Shown here piece by piece: positions 57,087 to 64,000 of a DNA stretch of 64,000 bases. The DNA is from Chitinophagaceae bacterium (GTDB taxonomy: Bacteria > Bacteroidota > Bacteroidia > Chitinophagales > Chitinophagaceae): assembly GCA_947446645.1 (NCBI GenBank), contig CANFHA010000009.1, forward strand, positions 73,179-137,178. The letters run 5' to 3'. The notes under the pieces were generated by a model. The model saw only the letters and a program-made list of their open reading frames with translations. It had not been told where the DNA came from and did no database searches. The stretch's first letter is position 1. Each line of letters opens with the position of its first letter. The position numbers were made by a program, and so were the translations under genes.

Positions 57087-57191
57087 TATGTGTGCCTTTA
57101 ATGATAATTGAGGCGCAAAGATAAATGGAATATCTTCAAATCCCTGCAAAAAAGGGAAGAAGACAAAAGAGCGCCAGGTGGTAACAAACCA

Positions 57192-57326
57192 TTACCACCA
57201 CCTGTCTCCCGCATGGTATCTGCCATGTCGTGGCATGCGCCTGTTCGTTCTTACATGAGTAACGCAACTGCTTATGTGCGCAAGAATGAGCAGGACAGCT
57301 ATGACTTTTAGGATCTTATATTTCAT
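57192..57326 (-). CDS. 44-aa micro-lipoprotein (not in ORF track)
   Basis: MKYKILKVIAVLLILAHISS-CVTHVRTNRRMPRHGRYHAGDRWW*; lipobox Cys21. Confidence 0.75.
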   Translation of the reverse strand: MKYKILKVIAVLLILAHISSCVTHVRTNRRMPRHGRYHAGDRWW

Positions 57327-57440
57327 CTGGGACATTTAGCAGCCTTAAAAGTAATAAAATCTTCCTTTTTACGAAATGCAATTTTTGCTGCACGCAATAG
57401 GAGCAGATCACACGGGTTAAGTACCTTTCAAAAGGAAGAA

Positions 57441-57581
57441 TTAGTAATTCCTTTCACGTGGTTTTGGGCGAAGCACCTTTTGCTCGGGCTGCTTCTTTGC
57501 ATTCTTTTTGTGTGCGTGGCAGCTTGCGAATGGAGCTATCAGGGCCACCAGGAGAATTGCTTTGTATAAGTTACGTTTCAT
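57441..57581 (-). CDS. 46-aa micro-lipoprotein (not in ORF track)
   Basis: MKRNLYKAILLVALIAPFAS-CHAHKKNAKKQPEQKVLRPKPRERNY*; lipobox Cys21. Confidence 0.75.
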   Translation of the reverse strand: MKRNLYKAILLVALIAPFASCHAHKKNAKKQPEQKVLRPKPRERNY

Positions 57582-57722
57582 GCCGGATCGATTGTAGGGT
57601 AAATATACTTAAAACGCAATTAGCTTGTAGCGCAAATAGAAGATCGGATACATATTATTCAAAATAAAGTTATCCCCTACGCCATATCTTGGGAGAAGGC
57701 GTAATAGAGGTATAAATATCAG

Positions 57723-59198
57723 TTAATTTACTCTACATACCGTAAAGCTATAGCCCTGTGGTGTATTCGTCAACGGAATACCAAACAGTTTCCTGTGTTC
57801 CTCGGTTCGCCAGTCATATATTATGGTGCACTTGCTCAGGAAATTGTTGGCAAAGGGCAGATACATCTGCTGAATAACGAGGGTATCATCTTTTTTGAAA
57901 CGGACACCGTCGAAAAACTTGATATCGTTTGCATCATCTGCAAGCGGCCATAGGTTTACTGTTACGTAAACGTTTTTACCACCATGTACATATTTGTTGA
58001 AAATGGGCTGTGCAGCCGCAAAATCTTTTTTATCTTTTTTATAGTCAACAAACAGCACGAACACACGCAGAAATACGACGATACCACCAATATAGGTAGC
58101 AAGAGTTAAGCCGGTGGTTGCAGCCTTAAGGCCACCTTTTGGCGCAGCTGTAATATTTGCTATCAGAAATATAGTCAACGGCAGAATGAACTGGGTAGCA
58201 TTATAAACAGTGGGTGAGGCATAGAGAATGAACTTTATAATACCATAAACCAGCATCAGATGCAAAGCTGAGATAAGCACCAGGGGCACAGTCTGAATAT
58301 TTTTTATTCTGCTTAGCATGCCCTTCAGATAAAAAACGATACAAAGGAGAAACAATATGATAAACCCGAAATTGAGCGGCGAGAATAACCAGTAGTGGAT
58401 GAATAGATGCAGGCTGCGGTCACTGCGGGTCATTGCAGACAGCGAATGTTGCCGTATGGTGGTTACTGTATCAATAAATCCATGTGGTGAGGCAGAAAGA
58501 ATACATGCAAAAAGGACGGCTATAGCAGCGAACCGAACTGTATTGACCAGTGTGGTTTTAATGACATTTGCAGAGTGGATCAACTCACTGATAACGAAGA
58601 AAATGAAGCAAAAATAAAAGCAGATGAGCTGCGAGGCAAACATAACTGCGAAAATGGTGCAGACGAGTATATTGTATAAAACAGGGTTAAGCTCATTTCT
58701 TTTGCTGTAAAGAATGTAGATCATGAATACCAGCAAAACAGTAAGGTTTTCAGGGCGGCCTACGGTAGGTAACAGATAAGTAGACACATAAACAATAGAA
58801 CAGGCTGCAAGGGCCTTTATGGGGCTGGTAATTTGTGCGGGTAGTGCACTGGCAAGTATACGGCAGTATAAAAACAAGCTACTGATGCTGAACAGTGAGC
58901 AGACTAGAAAGATGGTTTTAATACCCGGGTGAAAGCGGCTAAGCGTACCCAGCATCATAGGGAAAAATGGAACGTAGTAGTTGAACTTGATCGCGTTTGT
59001 GGCATCTGTGGCTACACCTACTACCGATACATCGTACAACGGGTTTATGAGGCCAAAGCCCTGTGAAAAGAGCAATGCCGTAGGAATAAACACTCTTGAA
59101 TCAGTACCGGGTGTGGGAAAAATATTCAGCCCGTACAAGACAAGGATGACTGAAACTACTCCCGTTAATGAGTAAAGTAAAACTTTATAACCCTTCAT
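57723..59198 (-). CDS. polytopic membrane protein, possible GT-C fold glycosyltransferase
   Basis: Many hydrophobic segments, GRPEN motif, soluble C-terminus. Confidence 0.6.
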   Translation of the reverse strand: MKGYKVLLYSLTGVVSVILVLYGLNIFPTPGTDSRVFIPTALLFSQGFGLINPLYDVSVVGVATDATNAIKFNYYVPFFPMMLGTLSRFHPGIKTIFLVCSLFSISSLFLYCRILASALPAQITSPIKALAACSIVYVSTYLLPTVGRPENLTVLLVFMIYILYSKRNELNPVLYNILVCTIFAVMFASQLICFYFCFIFFVISELIHSANVIKTTLVNTVRFAAIAVLFACILSASPHGFIDTVTTIRQHSLSAMTRSDRSLHLFIHYWLFSPLNFGFIILFLLCIVFYLKGMLSRIKNIQTVPLVLISALHLMLVYGIIKFILYASPTVYNATQFILPLTIFLIANITAAPKGGLKAATTGLTLATYIGGIVVFLRVFVLFVDYKKDKKDFAAAQPIFNKYVHGGKNVYVTVNLWPLADDANDIKFFDGVRFKKDDTLVIQQMYLPFANNFLSKCTIIYDWRTEEHRKLFGIPLTNTPQGYSFTVCRVN

Positions 59199-59233
59199 GA
59201 CTTCCCTGTTGATTGGCAAAAATGAATATGGTG

Positions 59234-61006
59234 CTAGAACAGGTCATAGTCGCGTCTTGATGCGTTGATTCGCAGTCCGATGTAAAAATAATTGGTAGTG
59301 AGCGCACTGTATACAGGGCCGGTAGTAGAATAATCATTCCTGTAAATACCGGCATCGTTTGCATATTTGCGATAGGTATCGCCGATGTCTATAAACATAT
59401 TCCTGCGCACCTGGTAGGATATGTTTATGTTCAGCATTTCACAATGGCTTTTCGGGCCATTTATCATAGACACGCCGTACTGGCTTGGTGCAGTAACGTA
59501 TGGATTGAAAATATTGTTGCCAAAGTTTACGCCGCCTGTATCTACACCTTGTATATAATAAGTGCCTTTAAGCGTGAGATAGAGATTCTTAACGGGCTGG
59601 TACCTTGCCACACCAATCACTTTTACAAAGCCGGAACCAAGTGGGTCGGCAAGTGGCTGGTTGTAGTTGGTATAGTTGGCGAGGGTATCCTGTGCAGAGT
59701 AGGTATATGGACGCACGGCATCAAGTTCTGCCTGAACGTCCAGGTTCTTAAGAGTAAACGCGTCAAAGTATTTTACACCGCCCTGTATACCCCATTTATT
59801 TCCATACCACTTTTTACTGCTAAACAGCTCCTTGGCCCTGAATTCGTTCAGCATCAGCTGGCCATATAGCTGCACATGTTTTGCTATTATGGCTTTACCA
59901 CTCATGCCCAGTATCGATTTGTCACCAGCACCGTTGAAACGGTTGATAGCGGTTGAAAAAATGATCGGATTGAGATAGGAAAGCTCATATACATTCGGCC
60001 GGTCAAATACCTCTGCCTCAAAAAACCCAAGGTTCAGCCATTTAAAGGTGTTCCAGGTAAGGTAATGTATGGTGGAGAACTTATGGGCCAGTACGCCGTC
60101 ACCTCTGCTTTTGTCGTATTGCGGCGTCAGCTCCAGGTACAGGCATTCGTAGTTGATATGCCATATTCGTGTTTGTATCTGCAGAAACGGCATGCTCGAT
60201 GAGTTGTCGGTAAGAAACAGGCTGCTGATACCATCGCCAAGAAAGTGCTTACCCGAGCCGAAAGTGAGATTCAGATGATTCTTTACTGCATCAAAATTCA
60301 CATATCCGCTGGTCTGCAGGTAGTCATAGCGGCCGGTAGCACCGGTAGCTATTCCGGGTGGCAGAAAATAGTCAGCACCCGGCACATACTGGTGTTTGTG
60401 ATCTGAGACTGAGTTGTAAAGGAAGTAAGGATATTGCTCCTGGTTATCGACTACCGCTGTATAGAAGCCAACTTTCTTTCCTATCCAGCCGCGAAGTTCA
60501 GCACCCTGGCTATTGGTGACCAGTTTATGCGACAGGCCTGTTGGCATCGGTGTGTTTTGCTGATATCCTGCTATGCCGCTGAGTACCGGGTTAATAACAA
60601 CAAAAAAATCCTTTGTTTTTACATGTACCAAGTCATACTGCTTGTTGTAGAATGTATGGAACCACGAAAGCTTAGAATTGATGGCGCCGTTCTCATCCGC
60701 GGTCCATTCACCGCTTTCCGATAACATCTGCTGCGCATTATACAGGTCTATTTTAGACATGCCTTTATGTGCAGGTACATCAGTAGCTGTGGCTGGCTGC
60801 ATTATATGTTCCAGGAAGTGAACTGCATTCCTGCGCGATTCCGGTTTGTCACCGGTTACCAGCGAGTCGCAAAGCCGGCCTGAGCGCGTCTCCAGTCGGT
60901 CCAATACGCGGTTATCTTCTGATCCTATCTGTAAAAAAGTAGTCTGGGCTATGGCGAGGGAACTCGTAAATAATAAGCCTGAAAGCAGGTAAGCTTTTTT
61001 AAGCAT
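59234..61006 (-). CDS. outer-membrane protein, Wzi/RemB-like
   Basis: Signal peptide; G.GKHFLGDG..SLFL.D, YLNPIIF, QPLADPLGS. Confidence 0.7.
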   Translation of the reverse strand: MLKKAYLLSGLLFTSSLAIAQTTFLQIGSEDNRVLDRLETRSGRLCDSLVTGDKPESRRNAVHFLEHIMQPATATDVPAHKGMSKIDLYNAQQMLSESGEWTADENGAINSKLSWFHTFYNKQYDLVHVKTKDFFVVINPVLSGIAGYQQNTPMPTGLSHKLVTNSQGAELRGWIGKKVGFYTAVVDNQEQYPYFLYNSVSDHKHQYVPGADYFLPPGIATGATGRYDYLQTSGYVNFDAVKNHLNLTFGSGKHFLGDGISSLFLTDNSSSMPFLQIQTRIWHINYECLYLELTPQYDKSRGDGVLAHKFSTIHYLTWNTFKWLNLGFFEAEVFDRPNVYELSYLNPIIFSTAINRFNGAGDKSILGMSGKAIIAKHVQLYGQLMLNEFRAKELFSSKKWYGNKWGIQGGVKYFDAFTLKNLDVQAELDAVRPYTYSAQDTLANYTNYNQPLADPLGSGFVKVIGVARYQPVKNLYLTLKGTYYIQGVDTGGVNFGNNIFNPYVTAPSQYGVSMINGPKSHCEMLNINISYQVRRNMFIDIGDTYRKYANDAGIYRNDYSTTGPVYSALTTNYFYIGLRINASRRDYDLF

Positions 61007-61087
61007 AAAGGAATTTTTTCAGATGCGTTTGGTAGATTTGCAAGACAACAAAAAGTGTTCCGCGCAAGCCGGTACGAATATACCACT

Positions 61088-62419
61088 ATGTTTTCAAAAT
61101 TAATAAAGAACACCACCCTTGTGAACGAGGGCGTGAGCAGTGTAAAAGATGTATTTATTAAGGACGGTTTCATAGAACGTATCGATGATAATATACAGCC
61201 CTCAGGCAACTGCATGGAGATAGACGGAACAGGGTTGTACCTGCTGCCGGGTGTGATTGACGACCAGGTGCACTTTCGTGAGCCGGGCCTTACCCACAAG
61301 GCAACAATAGCAACCGAGGCGCATGCCGCTGTGGCAGGAGGAACAACAACCTTCATGGAAATGCCGAACACAAATCCACCGGCTATTACGCAGGAGCTGC
61401 TGGAAGCCAAGTACGAAATTGCGGCAGCAACATCTGTTGGCAACTATTCGTTTTTTATGGGGGTATCAAATACTAACCCGGATGAAGTGCTGCGCACAAA
61501 CGATAAGCGCAGGGATGTGTGCGGCGTGAAGATATTTATGGGCTCCAGCACAGGTGATATGCTGGTGGACAATTACATCACACTATCGAAAATATTTTCT
61601 GAGTCGGAATTACTGATAGCCACACACTGCGAGAATGAGAACGTCATAAATACAAATAAAGCTAAATACCCGGATGCGGACAATGCTTCTTATCACCCGC
61701 TGATTAGGGATACAGAGGCCTGCTTTGAAAGCTCTTTCTCGGCAATACAGCTGGCAAAACAATGCAATAGCCGTCTTCACATTTTGCATATTTCTACTGC
61801 TAAGGAACTGCAGTTGTTCACGAATATGTTCCCGCTGGCAGATAAGAGGATCACGTCTGAAGTGTGTGTGCATCACCTGCACTTCACCGCAGATGATTAT
61901 GCACGCTATGGCAACCTGATAAAGTGTAATCCGGCAATAAAAGCAACGGAGAACAAAACCGCTTTATGGGAAGCATTGCTTGACGACCGGCTGGATATTA
62001 TTGCCACCGATCATGCCCCGCATACCTGGGAAGAAAAGCAATTGCCTTACCAGAAAGCACCGTCTGGTGTGCCACTGGTGCAGCATTCCTTACTGCTGAT
62101 GCTGGAGTACGTAAAGCAGGGAAAAATAAGCATAGAAAAAGTGGTGGAGAAAATGTGCCATGCCCCTGCGCAGTGTTTTCAGATAGCAAAGCGCGGGTAT
62201 ATTCGCGAAGGTTATCATGCCGATCTTGTGCTGGTAGACATGAATGAGGCTACCCGTGTTACTAAAGAAAACATACTGTACAAATGCGGCTGGTCGCCCT
62301 TTGAGGGCCATTCGTTTCCCGCTTCTGTCCGCTATACATTTATCAATGGGCAGATCGCCTATAATGATGGTAAAGTGAATGATGCGGTAAGGGGACAAAG
62401 GTTGAGGTTTGATAGGTGA
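61088..62419 (+). CDS. pyrC: dihydroorotase
   Basis: PGVIDDQVHFREPG, KIFMGSSTG, HILHIST, IATDHAPH. Confidence 0.95.
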   Translation: MFSKLIKNTTLVNEGVSSVKDVFIKDGFIERIDDNIQPSGNCMEIDGTGLYLLPGVIDDQVHFREPGLTHKATIATEAHAAVAGGTTTFMEMPNTNPPAITQELLEAKYEIAAATSVGNYSFFMGVSNTNPDEVLRTNDKRRDVCGVKIFMGSSTGDMLVDNYITLSKIFSESELLIATHCENENVINTNKAKYPDADNASYHPLIRDTEACFESSFSAIQLAKQCNSRLHILHISTAKELQLFTNMFPLADKRITSEVCVHHLHFTADDYARYGNLIKCNPAIKATENKTALWEALLDDRLDIIATDHAPHTWEEKQLPYQKAPSGVPLVQHSLLLMLEYVKQGKISIEKVVEKMCHAPAQCFQIAKRGYIREGYHADLVLVDMNEATRVTKENILYKCGWSPFEGHSFPASVRYTFINGQIAYNDGKVNDAVRGQRLRFDR

Positions 62420-62436
62420 TCCGGGTAATAACACAA

Positions 62437-62505
62437 ATCCCGAAGGGATGAAATTATTATAGCAAATAGCATAAATCTTGGGTGTAACCCCGAAGGGGTG
62501 ACATA
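62437..62505 (+). repeat. REP doublet left of tnpA
   Basis: atcccgaagggat (62437) and accccgaaggggt (62487). Confidence 0.85.
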
Positions 62506-62516
62506 AAATCTACCTT

Positions 62517-62978
62517 ATGCCGGGAACGTTTTCACAGGTCTATATACAGGTTGTTTTCGCTGTAAAGGGCAGAGAAAACCTGATTGACAAGACGTGGAAG
62601 GAAGAATTGAATAAATACATCGCGGGCATCATCAAAGGCAAAGACCAAAAGCCCATTATCGTGAATGGAATGGCAGACCATATTCATGCCTTTATCGGTT
62701 TACGTCCATCAATGCAGATATCAGAAGTTGTCCGTGAAATGAAGAACAACGCTACCAATTTTATTAATGAAAGAGGATTTGTACCTGGAAAATTCTGCTG
62801 GCAGGAGGGTTATGGCGCCTTTTCCTATGGACATTCACAGATAGACAAAGTATACAATTACATTTTAAACCAGGAAGAGCATCATAAGAAAGCCACATTT
62901 CGCGAAGAGTATTTGGGGCTGCTGAAAAAATTCGAAGTTGAGTTTGACGAGAAATATTTATTTGAATGGATCGAATAG
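62517..62978 (+). CDS. tnpA: IS200-like Y1 HUH transposase (REP-associated tyrosine transposase type)
   Basis: DHIH (HUH), WQEGYGAFS, YILNQEEHH; no tnpB. Confidence 0.92.
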   Translation: MPGTFSQVYIQVVFAVKGRENLIDKTWKEELNKYIAGIIKGKDQKPIIVNGMADHIHAFIGLRPSMQISEVVREMKNNATNFINERGFVPGKFCWQEGYGAFSYGHSQIDKVYNYILNQEEHHKKATFREEYLGLLKKFEVEFDEKYLFEWIE

Positions 62979-62980
62979 TC

Positions 62981-63052
62981 TATATCACCCCTTCGGGGTT
63001 TGTGAAGTTTCTGTGTGTATGTTTCTATAATAATATCACCCCTTCGGGGTTT
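62981..63052 (-). repeat. REP doublet right of tnpA, inverted
   Basis: accccttcggggt at 62987 and 63038. Confidence 0.85.
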
Positions 63053-63171
63053 ATTCATTGGCAGCATAAGGAAAATAAAAGATGAGTCTATAGCATGTTG
63101 TCTTTACGTAGTTTATGGAAATTATGATTTTATGGCTCTATTATGAAGAACACAAGGTCATTTACGCCACA

Positions 63172-63240
63172 ATCCCGAAGGGATGATATGATTATAGAAA
63201 CACGGACAAATAGAGGTTTAACCCCGAAGGGGTGGCATAG
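63172..63240 (+). repeat. third REP doublet
   Basis: atcccgaagggat (63172) and accccgaaggggt (63221). Confidence 0.85.
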
Positions 63241-63360
63241 AAATTACGAAGCATGTAGAAATACAGCTACGGATGAATCGATTTTTTTATTGACCACAAT
63301 GAAACTGATCGAAATGAACCATGGTATAAAGCAGCACCGGGACCCTATCTGTAATTAAAA

Positions 63361-64000
63361 ATGATAAATGACAAAACAACACTCACCGACCTTTCCATTT
63401 TTCCATCTGATGGAGGCGCTGGTGTATTTGGTCTGTTAGATCATGCCACCTCACAAGCCGGTCGCGATGCGTTGAAGAAGCACATACAGCATCCGCCTGA
63501 TACTTTCGAAAAGCTACAGGAGGTGCAGGATGTCGTTATCTTTTGGTCGAATCACCTGGATCTTTGGCCGAGGATTATTCTGAATGGCACCCTGGTGATG
63601 CTGGATAAGTTTTTCGACTCCGCAGATACGGTCTCTGCCCCACCGGCGGGTATCAATCTTTTGCTTAATTCCTGGTTTCAGAAAATACTGAACAAGCAGG
63701 AATATTTTCTTACCCAATTCTCCCTCTCGCACCTTTCCGATTTTTTGAAGGGATGCATGCAGCTGGCTGAGATAGCGGAAATGCCCGGCGTGCCGCCATT
63801 GCTGAAACGGGAACTGCAGACTATAAAGGAAGAATTACAGCACAGGCTTACCGGGTCCCTCACCGGTATTACCAAACAGAGCAAGTATACTGATCTCATG
63901 CAGCTTCATTACCAGGCCCGGCGCGAAATGAAGAGCGTGGTATATCGCCTGGTCGCCAGTTATGCTAGGCTGGATGCCTGGCGATCTATGGCTGTGGCTA
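63361..64000 (+). CDS. MutS-related protein, 5' part (runs off the window)
   Basis: Open frame MINDKTTLTDLSIF...GRDALKKHIQHP...RLDAWRSMAVA, resembling the N-terminus of Bacteroidota MutS-domain-V proteins. Confidence 0.75.
   Translation, partial: MINDKTTLTDLSIFPSDGGAGVFGLLDHATSQAGRDALKKHIQHPPDTFEKLQEVQDVVIFWSNHLDLWPRIILNGTLVMLDKFFDSADTVSAPPAGINLLLNSWFQKILNKQEYFLTQFSLSHLSDFLKGCMQLAEIAEMPGVPPLLKRELQTIKEELQHRLTGSLTGITKQSKYTDLMQLHYQARREMKSVVYRLVASYARLDAWRSMAVA

Noticed and set aside
57087-57330. ZMP/ZTP riboswitch upstream of purH
   Set aside because: No recognisable consensus; the hairpin at 57175-57204 overlaps the 3' end of a micro-lipoprotein ORF and is better read as its terminator
62882-63358. 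Short ORFs 62882..63067 and 63143..63358
   Set aside because: They translate the REP palindromes (PRRGD) and are not protein-like
94-63899. Many 60-180-aa ORFs antisense to or nested in the called genes
   Set aside because: Shadow ORFs with no motifs or initiation context

Overview
Chromosomal window from a Bacteroidota organism, probably Chitinophagales. This is inferred from T9SS C-terminal sorting domains, TAnnTTTG promoters and DUF5723/imelysin/RemB-like gene families. Housekeeping genes are apaG, pdxJ, two helicases, the pstSCAB-phoU operon, purH, pyrC, an lpxD paralog and a partial MutS-related gene. Accessory modules are: (i) a porin-Rieske-imelysin-diheme operon; (ii) a 2134-aa Ig-repeat T9SS surface protein whose apparent natural start is cut by an in-frame TAA; (iii) a Crp-linked rhodanese/CoA-disulfide reductase/thioredoxin cluster, divergent from a PPP-tailed leader ORF plus SulP plus beta-carbonic anhydrase; (iv) duplicated porins with 11-bp periodic Pho-box-like repeats; (v) an MBOAT/SGNH O-acetylation locus with an antitoxin-like pseudogene; (vi) an IS200-like/RAYT transposase with REP doublets. 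The best candidate for an undescribed system is 40.4-45.5 kb. It is a compact cassette of Mu-like phage early genes (CI-like repressor, MuB-like ATPase with altered Walker motifs, DnaA domain IV protein, Gam, DUF4406) with no transposase or virion genes. Twin homologous micro-ORF repeats sit where ner/MuA would be, and an iterated CCGGAAA array follows the cassette. Several small ORFs absent from the ORF track were found by hand translation. No rRNA, tRNA or CRISPR array was seen. All product calls come from motif recognition, not database searches.
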